Source of the DNA: Waddliaceae bacterium
GTDB taxonomy: Bacteria; Chlamydiota; Chlamydiia; Chlamydiales; Waddliaceae
Reading direction: 5' to 3'
Assembly (NCBI GenBank): GCA_963724325.1
Contig: CAVRUH010000001.1
Coordinates: 352,001 to 416,000 of the forward strand
Length of the DNA: 64,000 nucleotides
Shown: positions 30,009 through 39,538 of the stretch, one piece after another
Position numbering within the stretch: position 1 is the stretch's first letter
How the letters are laid out: each line of letters begins with the position of its first letter
Notes under the pieces: model-generated
Databases searched by the model: none
Told to the model about the DNA's origin: nothing
The model's input: the letters and a program-made list of their open reading frames with translations, nothing else
Position numbers and translations under genes: made by a program

Positions 30009-30075
30009 ATCTAATCATTTTTTAAAAACTTTCTTATTTTCCCGGGTCTATGCAAAATAGTACCTTTGGTGCATA

Positions 30076-30762
30076 ATGATCTCCGACGGAGTAGAAACTA
30101 TGGACGTATCAGAGGCAATCAAGACGCGGAGAACTTGCCGAGGCTTTCTCAATAAACCAGTCCCAAAAGAAATTTTGGTGGAAATTCTTGAAAAAGCAAT
30201 GCGCTCCCCTTCAGGCGGCAACCTTCAGCCATGGCGCGTTTACGTAGTTACCGGCAATGTAATGCAGAAAATTATCGAAGGGGTCCGCGAAGGCGCCCCC
30301 GAGAGCCAAGGTGCTCAATACGAGGTCTATCCCCCTCATCTAAAAGAACCCTACAGAACCCGCAGATTTGAAATTGGTGAAGCTCTATATAACATTCTTG
30401 GTGTTTCTAGAGAAGACAAAGCCATTCGCCTGAAATGGTTTGCAAGAAATTATGAATTTTTTGGGGCCCCAGCAGGAATGTTTTTTACAATGGATCGGAT
30501 CATGCAGCAAGGACAATGGGCGGACCTTGGAATGTTCATGCAGTCTATCATGCTCTTAGCCCGCGAATACGGTCTTCACACCGCCCCGCAAGAATCATGG
30601 GCTGCCTGGACTCCGCTTATCATTAAAACTCTCAACATCCCCGATAACGAAATGCTCTTCTGCGGCATGTCCATTGGGTATGAAGACCCAAACCACCCGC
30701 TTGCTAAGCTACACAGTCAGCGCGCTCCGCTAACTGAGATAGCCTCTTTCCACGGGTTTTAA
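30076..30762 (+). CDS. Nitroreductase family protein (likely start 30100)
   Basis: RRTCRGF, SPSGGNLQPW, FFGAP. Confidence 0.92.
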   Translation: MISDGVETMDVSEAIKTRRTCRGFLNKPVPKEILVEILEKAMRSPSGGNLQPWRVYVVTGNVMQKIIEGVREGAPESQGAQYEVYPPHLKEPYRTRRFEIGEALYNILGVSREDKAIRLKWFARNYEFFGAPAGMFFTMDRIMQQGQWADLGMFMQSIMLLAREYGLHTAPQESWAAWTPLIIKTLNIPDNEMLFCGMSIGYEDPNHPLAKLHSQRAPLTEIASFHGF

Positions 30763-30774
30763 TTGACTGACAGC

Positions 30775-32412
30775 TTATATCATCCCAAAACCACAAAGAG
30801 CGTTCAGAATACTTTCATCCAACTTCTCTTTAAATTTAGCATAATTACTATAGTCTGAAAAATCCACCTGACTAGAACAAGTATGATATTTCGGAGTCAT
30901 ATTATTTCCAATGTGTCCATTGCGATATAAAAATTTAGTAACAGTAAGGTGCTTGCCAACACCAAGAGTGTCAGAACCCGTGGCGGCACGGAGAAACTTT
31001 TGGACATCCTCATCGCTACTTTCGTTAATCCATTTGTTCATCCAAGCTATTATATCCTGATTACCCTTAAGTGCATTTTTTACACTTTGCTTGTTAAAAA
31101 TGCCTTGGATATTGTCTTGAATATTTTTGCTTGTTCCCCAATCTTGATGAGGACTATGCGCTCTCATTCCCTTTGCAATTTCCAAAATTGGAGTAATTGC
31201 CAGTTTAGCATTTTCTAATACCTGTGTTTTAATAGAATCTTTGACAAGGTCAAGATGCTTACGTATGTTAGCAATTGATTTATCATTCTGTAGCTCAGCG
31301 GGTATTTCATCTTCCATGATGTATGCGTTGTCAAATAAATGTTGAATAACAGCATCATTATTATTTTTATTTACTTTAAGGAAGGATAAAAGATCGTCTT
31401 TTTCAAGTGCTTTAAGGACCTGATAAAGCTCAATAATAATATCATTGCTATTATTTTTATTTTCCAAATTTTTAGTCAGGATAATCTTTAGCACGTCATA
31501 GAGCTCAGGTTTAAAAATATTACCAATAACAGCCTCATTTGTTGTGAAACACATTCCCATAATCTTTCCCATTGCTTCGTAAAGAACCTTCTCATCAATG
31601 ATCATAGGCTCAGTTTTAGCTATAGGAAGCGACCCGCCAGCCCCACCTTGAAAGTGTAATCTGTCTTTATTTTCTAAGGCCTCCTTGCTTATCGATGAGA
31701 ATAATACGCTAATCATCTCCCGGGTAACCCCGCCTGCATCTACTGCAGGGCTTTTTTTATAATTACCCCAATGATCTTTTGCTAAATCGTCTTCTAATAA
31801 TTCTATTCGAAGACTTGAGGTAGTTGGACTGTTTTTAAAGCAATTACTATGAAACATTTGTAAGGTCTCTTCCGGACTGCAATCAACTAAATATCTGCTA
31901 GTTATTATCGTGTAAGTACTCCCCAGATATCCTCCGTGTGAAACTGTAAAATATTGATCGCTATTACGCCAATATGTTGATAATTCTGTGTTCGATGGAG
32001 CTAACTGACCAGTCTGGAAATCTGGATCTATTACAGTTGCTGTATTTGTTTGAGCCGGTGATGTATTTATACCTGTTTGATTTCCTGGTGTTACATGAAC
32101 CGATCCTGTGCTCGGATTCCCCGTAAATGGGCGGCCAAATCTTTCTGTCTGTACTTTTGCAGTGAATAATTTACGAACTCTCTTAAAAGCCAAACCTATG
32201 AAGAGTGTAGCTGCCACGGCTATTATCCCAAGGATAATACGAATTTTTCGTTCCCTGACTGAATAGTTTCTTTCTTTCTTTTCGAACAAGATATACTTTG
32301 TTCCTGAAGCTGATGCAACAACCTTTCCTCTACTATTAAACTTTGTAGAAGGCCTCCATGTGTTGTATGGTTGTGGAACGCTACCATTACTAGAAATTTG
32401 AAATCTGGGCAT
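30775..32412 (-). CDS. HECT-domain E3 ubiquitin ligase, eukaryotic type (paralog A)
   Basis: AVDAGGVTRE, YEAMGKIMG, FLRAATGS, PKYHTC, KEKL..GFGMI (-4 Phe). Confidence 0.88.
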   Translation of the reverse strand: MPRFQISSNGSVPQPYNTWRPSTKFNSRGKVVASASGTKYILFEKKERNYSVRERKIRIILGIIAVAATLFIGLAFKRVRKLFTAKVQTERFGRPFTGNPSTGSVHVTPGNQTGINTSPAQTNTATVIDPDFQTGQLAPSNTELSTYWRNSDQYFTVSHGGYLGSTYTIITSRYLVDCSPEETLQMFHSNCFKNSPTTSSLRIELLEDDLAKDHWGNYKKSPAVDAGGVTREMISVLFSSISKEALENKDRLHFQGGAGGSLPIAKTEPMIIDEKVLYEAMGKIMGMCFTTNEAVIGNIFKPELYDVLKIILTKNLENKNNSNDIIIELYQVLKALEKDDLLSFLKVNKNNNDAVIQHLFDNAYIMEDEIPAELQNDKSIANIRKHLDLVKDSIKTQVLENAKLAITPILEIAKGMRAHSPHQDWGTSKNIQDNIQGIFNKQSVKNALKGNQDIIAWMNKWINESSDEDVQKFLRAATGSDTLGVGKHLTVTKFLYRNGHIGNNMTPKYHTCSSQVDFSDYSNYAKFKEKLDESILNALCGFGMI

Positions 32413-32536
32413 TTTTAAACTCTCCGTTTTTTAATTAAAACAATATTGTATCATAAATTCTTATTTTTAGTCAACGGTATTTATTGTTTTGTTGTTTTAA
32501 GAAAAAACAAAGAAAGTCAGTTTTACTGTGCTTTTG

Positions 32537-32632
32537 CTACGCCTTTCCAAAACCTTCGGCAAGGGAGTATTCAATGCTTTTATCTAGCATGGTTTTAAAT
32601 GTTTCGTAATCACTGTAATTAGAAAAGTCTGC
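32537..32632 (-). pseudogene. C-terminal remnant of a fifth HECT paralog
   Basis: Translates as ADFSNYSDYETFKTMLDKSIEYSLAEGFGKA*, close to the paralog D terminus; preceded by in-frame TAA, no start codon. Confidence 0.85.
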
Positions 32633-32844
32633 TTAGTCCGCCCTCGATGAATTAAGGCCTTAGTTAATTCGATGGATTTGCCAACAACCAGGGGTAGGCC
32701 ATTTGTGGAATATTTATGCTATTATCAACAATATTGAATTTAGGTATATAAACCTCACATATTATTACAATTTCGTAATAACATAAACAAATGTTTTTAA
32801 ACAATAGACAAACATTATTCAATTTTTATTATTTATTGCCTGGG

Positions 32845-34395
32845 TTATATAACACCAAAGCCTTCGGCAAGTCCGTTTAGCAAACTTTCTTCCAATTTTT
32901 CTTTAAATATCTCATAGCTATCATAATCATCAGCACTTCCGAAATCTATTTGCCCGCTGCATGTATGAATCTTAGCTAGCCGATTCTTACCGTTTAAAGA
33001 TTCGCTAACATGAATCTTTTGGTTTTGACCAAGAGTGTTAGAGCCAGTTACAAGACGGATAAAATCTTGGCATTTTTCATCTGGAATTTCATCAATCCAC
33101 CTACTAACCCAAGTTTTTAGCTTATCGCTCCCCTGAATAGCGGCCTTTAGATCATCTTTAGTAAACTTTCCTTGAACATTGATCATTATGTCATTGGCAT
33201 TCCCCCAATATTCATTTGGGCTATGCGCTTTCATGCCCTGTGCTATTTGCAAAATAGGAGTGATATGACTCCTAGCGTCATCTAATACAAGAAGTTTAAG
33301 CTGATCTTTGATATATTGCATGTTAGCGCGGATGGCATCGGGCGCTGGATTTCCTCCTTTGAGGTCATCAGGCAAATCCTCTGGTTCCCCGTTAGTTGCG
33401 AAATCGAATGAAAAATAATTGAACATCTTCTGTACTTTATCATCTGAATAATCCTGTTCATTGTAGTGAGATAAGAGTTCATTGTCTTCGTCGCCTTTAA
33501 GCATATTATAGAGAAATAATAAGGTATCGTCTGTTTCTTGCAGATTTTGACTTAAAATAATTTCTAATACTTCATAGAGCTTGGGATGGAAAATGTTCCC
33601 AATCACAGCCTGACCACTTGTAAAACACATCGCCATCAGTTTTCCCAATGCTTGATAAAGGTGCGCCTCATCATCAGTAAGAATACCGTTCTTTGCAACA
33701 GGAAGTGATCCGCCTTTGCCTTGAAACTGGAGCATACCTTCCCGGTTTAATGCCTTTTGATTTATCGAAGAGAATAATACGGTAATGATTTCACGTGTAA
33801 CTCCACCTTGATCAATCACTGGACTTCTTTTGTACTGACCGGTGTTGTTATATTTTGCTAAATCATCCTCTAGTAGGTCTATTTTCATGCTTCTTTGTTG
33901 CTTGTTTGGGAGAAAACAATTACTGTAAAATTTCTCAAGGGTTTTTTCCGGATTATTTTGAACTAACCATCTACTGGTTGTGAGCAAATAATGATTACCA
34001 TTATAATCCTGTTCAATTTTAAAGTGATTATTGCTGTTATTCCAGTATATAATTACTTCTGATTGTGGTGGAGTTAGTTGACCTTCCCGAGCAGGTGTAT
34101 TTGGCATAAGGGGCTGAGCAAATCGTTGGGTTTGCACTTTTGCTGTAAATAATTCACGGATATTTTTGGAGGCCAAGCCTATGAAGGCTGTGCCTACAAG
34201 AGCTAATGCGCCTAAAATAGCTCGACCAATTCTTTCTCCAGTAGAATACTTTTTCTCCTTTTTTTCGATCAGAACATATTGTTTGCCTTTATGCGTGACA
34301 ACTCTATCTTTACTTTGAAATTTGGAAGCATCTGACCATGCTTGATATTGTTGTGGAATATTCCCGCTATTATCAGTAGTTTTAAATTTAGGCAT
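32845..34395 (-). CDS. HECT-domain E3 ubiquitin ligase (paralog B)
   Basis: VIDQGGVTRE, FIRLVTGS, AKIHTC, GFGVI. Confidence 0.88.
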   Translation of the reverse strand: MPKFKTTDNSGNIPQQYQAWSDASKFQSKDRVVTHKGKQYVLIEKKEKKYSTGERIGRAILGALALVGTAFIGLASKNIRELFTAKVQTQRFAQPLMPNTPAREGQLTPPQSEVIIYWNNSNNHFKIEQDYNGNHYLLTTSRWLVQNNPEKTLEKFYSNCFLPNKQQRSMKIDLLEDDLAKYNNTGQYKRSPVIDQGGVTREIITVLFSSINQKALNREGMLQFQGKGGSLPVAKNGILTDDEAHLYQALGKLMAMCFTSGQAVIGNIFHPKLYEVLEIILSQNLQETDDTLLFLYNMLKGDEDNELLSHYNEQDYSDDKVQKMFNYFSFDFATNGEPEDLPDDLKGGNPAPDAIRANMQYIKDQLKLLVLDDARSHITPILQIAQGMKAHSPNEYWGNANDIMINVQGKFTKDDLKAAIQGSDKLKTWVSRWIDEIPDEKCQDFIRLVTGSNTLGQNQKIHVSESLNGKNRLAKIHTCSGQIDFGSADDYDSYEIFKEKLEESLLNGLAEGFGVI

Positions 34396-34525
34396 GTTAA
34401 CCTCTCTTTTTCATCTCAATTTCATATTATCATATAACTATATTGTTAAACAACTAAATTCTAATAATACAAATGTTTTGCGATAGATAATAAATTAATA
34501 ACTAATTTTATAACTCCCAGCAAAG

Positions 34526-36079
34526 TTATACAACACCGAAGCCAGCCTGAAGAGCATTAAGTATGCTTTCCTCAAATTTTTCTTTAAATATCTTGTAATT
34601 GTCATACCGAGGAAAATTTGCTTGCATAAAACAAGTATGATATTCAGGGAACCCATTTTTGGAAGCATGACTCGATGCATTTATATGTATATTTATTTTC
34701 TTTCCAATACCAAGAGTATCTGATCCTGTAGCGGCGCGGACAAACTGCTGGACTTCCTCAACACTTTTTTCCTTAATCCATTGTTTAATCCAATCTTTTA
34801 CTCGTGGATTATTCTCGTGAGGTGAATATACTGAAAGTGAATTTAGTAGAATTTCCTTGGAAAAAATCCCTTGAACTTTGTCCATTATGTTGTTGGCATT
34901 TCCCCAATTTTCATGAGGACGATGGGCTCTCATCCCCCTAGCTATTTCTAAAATAGGAGTAATTGCCGGTTCGGCAAAATTTAACACCTGTGTTCTAATT
35001 GAGTCTTTGACAAGATCAAGATTTTCAAGGATATTTTTTGTTGACCGATCATTCTTAAACACATCGGGCAGCCCTTCTTCATCGAAGTCCGCATCAGGGT
35101 AGGCGCTGTAGAACATTCGTTGAATGGTAGCGTCATCTGCATCCTTATCTACATTAAGAAGGTGTGCAAGATCTTCTGGTTCATTATTTTTAAGAATTTG
35201 ATAGAGCATGATCTGATCTTCTTTATTTCTATTCAGAATTACCTCAAGAACATCATAGAGTTCAGGACTAAAAATATTCCCAATCACTCCGACACCGCTT
35301 GTAAAACACATTCCCATCAGCTTTCCCATAGCTTCGTAAAGATGAGCCTCGTCATTGCTAAGGGGGTCTGTATTTGCGTCAGGAAGCGATCCGCCAGCTC
35401 CACCATTAAATTTGAGTTTATCTTTATTTTTTAATGCTCCCTGGCTTAGGGAAGTGAATAATACGCTGATTATCTCTCTTGTAATGCCACCTACATCCGC
35501 AGCTTCGTCTCTCTTATACCCCCCACTATAGTCATCCTTTGCTAAATCGTCCTGCAGTAATTCTATCCGAATATTATTGGCTGTTATGCCTGGAATAAAG
35601 CATCTTTTGTAAAACTCTTCTAAGGTTCTTTCCGGATTATCTTGAACTAACCGCCTACTGATTGTAATGACGTACTGGATTGGATTCCCATAGTAATCGC
35701 TGCTGATTTTAAAATGTTTACTACTATTTCTCCAATATTCTTCAGCTGCAGATAAACTGTTTGCAGCGCCAAAGTTATTGGGATCTTCTTGAACTAGTTG
35801 AGCAAATCGTTCGGTTTGTATTTTTGCGGTAAACAATTTACGAATATCTTTAGAAGCCAAGCCGATGAAGGCTGTGCCTACTACGGCTAATGCGCCTAAG
35901 ATGACTCTACCAATGCGTTGACCGACCGAGTATTCTTTCTCTCTTTTTTCGATTATGACATATCGCCTGCCTTTGAGTGTAACTTCTCTGTTTTCGCTAT
36001 TAAATGTATCAAGCTTCGACCATCCTTGATATTTTGCTGGGATATTACCACCATTATCAACAATTATAGGCGTACGCAT
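34526..36079 (-). CDS. HECT-domain E3 ubiquitin ligase (paralog C)
   Basis: AADVGGITRE, FVRAATGS, PEYHTCF, GFGVV; start at ATG 36079 by RBS and paralog alignment. Confidence 0.88.
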   Translation of the reverse strand: MRTPIIVDNGGNIPAKYQGWSKLDTFNSENREVTLKGRRYVIIEKREKEYSVGQRIGRVILGALAVVGTAFIGLASKDIRKLFTAKIQTERFAQLVQEDPNNFGAANSLSAAEEYWRNSSKHFKISSDYYGNPIQYVITISRRLVQDNPERTLEEFYKRCFIPGITANNIRIELLQDDLAKDDYSGGYKRDEAADVGGITREIISVLFTSLSQGALKNKDKLKFNGGAGGSLPDANTDPLSNDEAHLYEAMGKLMGMCFTSGVGVIGNIFSPELYDVLEVILNRNKEDQIMLYQILKNNEPEDLAHLLNVDKDADDATIQRMFYSAYPDADFDEEGLPDVFKNDRSTKNILENLDLVKDSIRTQVLNFAEPAITPILEIARGMRAHRPHENWGNANNIMDKVQGIFSKEILLNSLSVYSPHENNPRVKDWIKQWIKEKSVEEVQQFVRAATGSDTLGIGKKINIHINASSHASKNGFPEYHTCFMQANFPRYDNYKIFKEKFEESILNALQAGFGVV

Positions 36080-36218
36080 ATTAACCCTCAATTTACATCT
36101 CAACTTTATGCTAACACATAACAATATTTTTAAACAATACGTAACTATTATTTATTAGCATAATGTCGCTAAGAGTCAAAGGTCTGATCTTCTCAAGATG
36201 CTTCTTGTAACTATTGAG

Positions 36219-38117
36219 CTAGAGTTGTCCAAAGCCTTCAGCAAGGGCGTATTCTACACTTTTATCCAGCATTGCTTTAAAAGATTCGTAATCACTGTAA
36301 TTAGAAAAGTCTGCTCGCATATAACAAGTATGATATTCGGGCATCAAATTATCTTTACGTCGATAAGTTAAGTTATCAGTTAATGCAATTTGTTTGCCAA
36401 CACCAAGAGCATCAGAGCCAGTAGTAGTGCGGACAAAATTCTTGATTTCTTCATCTGACTTCTCATCAATCCATTTCATCATCCACTCTTTTATTGGACT
36501 AGGTCCTATAAGTGCTCTTTTTACTGCATCCGGACTAAAAACTCCTTGAACTTTGTCCTTCAAGGTTGCAGTATCGATATGTGTCCAATTTTGAAATGGC
36601 CTATGCGTTCTCATTCCGGCTGCTATATGCAAAAGAGGAGGGAAATGGCTCTTTGCGTCATCTAACACAAGAGATTTAAGCTCTTTTTTGATATAATCCA
36701 TGTTCTCTCGTATGGTATCAGGCGTTGGGGTTCCCTGAAGGGCTGCAGGTGCACCATCGGGTAGACCAATGACTGGATCAGCCACGATTTCGAACATCTG
36801 CTGCACTATTGCATCATTTCTATAATCCTGTTCATTATAAAGCGATAATATCTCATCATTGCATCCTTTTTTAAGTGTTTGATAGATAGATAGTAATGTA
36901 TTATCATCTGGTCTATACGATGTATTTTTTTTGGAAAGCATCTTTAGAACTTCATAAACATTAGAGTGAAAAACATTCCCGATCACAGCTTCGCCTTGTG
37001 TATAACACATCCCCATAATCTTTCCCATAGCTTCGTAAAGATCCGCCTCAACACCTGTAAGATTGCCGTCTTTTGTGACTGGAAAAGCACCCTTCAAATC
37101 TTTGTTAAATTTGAGTATTCCTTCCCGACTTAATGCTTTCTCAGTTAGCGAAGAGAATAATACACCAATTATATCCCGTGAAACGCCGCCTGCATCAGTC
37201 GCCGCGTCCTCTACAAACTTACCAAAAATATCTTTTTTTAGGTCATCTGTTAGTAACTCTATTCTAATCAAATCACGTGGTATACTATTATTAAAGCACC
37301 TATTGTAAAGCTTTTCTAAAGTTTTTTCTGGATAATTTTTAACTAGCCATCTGCTAGTTTTTATTATATATCCATCTTGCGACGTCCGTTCGTATCGTCC
37401 ATTTCGAAAATTATTACTGCTATTACTCCAATAACTCTTTATTTCTGCATCTGCAGGTTTTGAACCGCCCGCTCCAGTAGCCGGCGGATTTGTTGTGGCT
37501 CCAGTGTTCGTTTGAGCTGAAACAGCTTCCGAGTGCGTTGGAGCAGGCATTATTGGCAGAGATGTTCGATGTGATGCTGTAATGTCAATTCTTGCATTAG
37601 TTTGAGGTATTTCTGAACCCGCAATAGCACGTGCTAGCTCTTCATCAGTGCGAATTTGTTCTGCAATTGCACGCTCTGCATCTGTTGAGTGAGAATGAAC
37701 GTGCAAAGAATCTGGTCGCAGTGATTGTGTTTGAGTGGGTCCTCTATCTAAGTCTATTCGACCTGACCCTGAAAGTAAGCGTGCGCGAAATTGATAGAAG
37801 CTTTGTCTATCAGAATCAGAATCTGAATCAGAATCTGTTGACAGTTTAACAAATTGTTTGGTTTGTATTTGTGCTGTAAATAATCCACGAATTTTTTCGG
37901 AAGTTAGGCCGATAAAGGCTGTTCCTATGACAGCAAGAGCGCCTAAGATGGCTCTACCTATGCGTTGACCGACAGAATACCTTTTCCCTCTTTCTTCGAT
38001 TAACACATATTGCCTGCCTTCAAATCTGATGTTTCTAAAAGGTGTATCAATATTCACCCACCCGTCATAGCGATGCGGGATATTATCTCTACTATCAACA
38101 ATTATAGGTTTATTCAT
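36219..38117 (-). CDS. HECT-domain E3 ubiquitin ligase with UIM-like motif (paralog D)
   Basis: ATDAGGVSRD, FVRTTTGS, PEYHTCY, GFGQL; linker contains DEELARAIAGS; start at ATG 38117 by RBS and alignment. Confidence 0.88.
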   Translation of the reverse strand: MNKPIIVDSRDNIPHRYDGWVNIDTPFRNIRFEGRQYVLIEERGKRYSVGQRIGRAILGALAVIGTAFIGLTSEKIRGLFTAQIQTKQFVKLSTDSDSDSDSDRQSFYQFRARLLSGSGRIDLDRGPTQTQSLRPDSLHVHSHSTDAERAIAEQIRTDEELARAIAGSEIPQTNARIDITASHRTSLPIMPAPTHSEAVSAQTNTGATTNPPATGAGGSKPADAEIKSYWSNSSNNFRNGRYERTSQDGYIIKTSRWLVKNYPEKTLEKLYNRCFNNSIPRDLIRIELLTDDLKKDIFGKFVEDAATDAGGVSRDIIGVLFSSLTEKALSREGILKFNKDLKGAFPVTKDGNLTGVEADLYEAMGKIMGMCYTQGEAVIGNVFHSNVYEVLKMLSKKNTSYRPDDNTLLSIYQTLKKGCNDEILSLYNEQDYRNDAIVQQMFEIVADPVIGLPDGAPAALQGTPTPDTIRENMDYIKKELKSLVLDDAKSHFPPLLHIAAGMRTHRPFQNWTHIDTATLKDKVQGVFSPDAVKRALIGPSPIKEWMMKWIDEKSDEEIKNFVRTTTGSDALGVGKQIALTDNLTYRRKDNLMPEYHTCYMRADFSNYSDYESFKAMLDKSVEYALAEGFGQL

Positions 38118-38244
38118 ACTAACCTCAAATTTACATCTCAATTTAATAATATCATTTAGTAATATTTTTAACAATATAAAGATTTAATAGTATGATCGCT
38201 TGTTTTTTATTTACTGACCAAATTTAGCAAATCATCGGTAGAAT

Positions 38245-38308
38245 GACTAATTTACGATATGTCGTAAATTGGTCTTGACTAATTTACGATAATACGTAAA
38301 ATGGTCAA
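38245..38308 (+). promoter_or_regulatory. Two tandem palindromic operator-like sites overlapping a sigma66-like promoter
   Basis: gactaatttacga-N4-tcgtaaattggtc and ttgactaatttacg-N6-cgtaaaatggtcaa; TTGACT-N16-TAAAAT inside the second site; AGGAG RBS follows. Confidence 0.65.
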
Positions 38309-38326
38309 TATAGGAGCATTTTCACA

Positions 38327-39538
38327 ATGAAACGATTTTACGAAAAGTTCATCTCGGAACATTTTACCAAATATAGACAAATGCTTTTCCTGATGGGGCC
38401 GCGACAGGTCGGTAAAACGACGATTGCGCGAAGCCTTGGTAAAGAAAACAAATACTTTTATTATTTCAACTGGGATGACGAAGATGATAGAGAATTAATT
38501 CTATCAGGTCCTGGAAAAGTTGCCCAGAGAGTGCAGCTTGAGACTCAAAAAACTGACCTAGTCTATATTGTTTTTGATGAGCTTCATAAATACCGACGTT
38601 GGAAGGTTTTTATCAAGGGATTTTTTGACAAGTATGAGAATAAAACAAGAATTTTAGTGACTGGCAGTGCGAAAATAGATATCTTTAGAAAAGGTGGTGA
38701 TAGTCTTATGGGAAGATATTTCCCTATGCGCCTGCACCCCTTGTCAATTGGTGAAATTTGCAATCCAAATCCTCTCAACACCCACCCATTAAAGCAGCCA
38801 AAATCCATAGAAGAAAATAACTTCAACCATCTTTATACGTATGGAGGCTTTCCTGAACCATATATTGTAGCGGATGATGCATTTTATCTCCGTTGGAAGC
38901 AGGTGCGACTCCAGAAACTTTTTAGGGAAGACATTAGAGACCTTACTCGAATTCAGGAAATTGATCAGATTGAGCTTTTTGGAGAATTTATCAGGAGGCA
39001 AGCTGGTCAACTAACAAGCTATACTTCTTTTGCGAAGATGGTCCGTGTTAGCGTTGATACAATAAGAAGGTGGATTAAGACTTTAATTTCCTTTTACTAC
39101 TGTTTTGAGATACGCCCGTGGTCAAAGAATGTGACTCGATCCTTAATTAAGGAGCCCAAACTATATTTATGGGACTGGTCATTAGTGGATGATTCGGGGG
39201 CCAGAGTAGAAAATTTCGTAGCATCACATCTTCTAAAAAGCGTCCATTATTGGAATGATGCGGGCTTAGGCGAATTTCAGCTTAATTTTTTGCGAGACAA
39301 GGAAAAGCGTGAAGTTGATTTTATTGTCATTAAAAATAAGAAGCCATGGTTTATTGTCGAAGTCAAATCCTCGGAAAATGAGACACTTTCTCCTAATTTG
39401 CGCTATTTTCAGGAACTAGTGGGAGCCGAACATGCTTTTCAGGTAGCCTTCAACATGGAGTATATTGACCAAGACTGTTTCACATACAACAAGCCAACAA
39501 TTGTTTCTGCAAAAACGTTTCTATCACAGTTAATTTAA
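38327..39538 (+). CDS. AAA_14 ATPase with DUF4143 C-terminal domain
   Basis: GPRQVGKTT, FDELHK, VTGS, YGGFPE, EVDF..VEVKS. Confidence 0.9.
   Translation: MKRFYEKFISEHFTKYRQMLFLMGPRQVGKTTIARSLGKENKYFYYFNWDDEDDRELILSGPGKVAQRVQLETQKTDLVYIVFDELHKYRRWKVFIKGFFDKYENKTRILVTGSAKIDIFRKGGDSLMGRYFPMRLHPLSIGEICNPNPLNTHPLKQPKSIEENNFNHLYTYGGFPEPYIVADDAFYLRWKQVRLQKLFREDIRDLTRIQEIDQIELFGEFIRRQAGQLTSYTSFAKMVRVSVDTIRRWIKTLISFYYCFEIRPWSKNVTRSLIKEPKLYLWDWSLVDDSGARVENFVASHLLKSVHYWNDAGLGEFQLNFLRDKEKREVDFIVIKNKKPWFIVEVKSSENETLSPNLRYFQELVGAEHAFQVAFNMEYIDQDCFTYNKPTIVSAKTFLSQLI

Noticed and set aside
34495..34680. 61-aa minus-strand ORF
   Set aside because: Alternative frame over the HECT paralog C catalytic tail
30775..38117. 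SopA/NleL-type or NEL ligases, or eukaryotic contamination
   Set aside because: Motifs match canonical HECT, with no pentapeptide or LRR region; the genes are intronless, have bacterial RBSs and are embedded among bacterial genes
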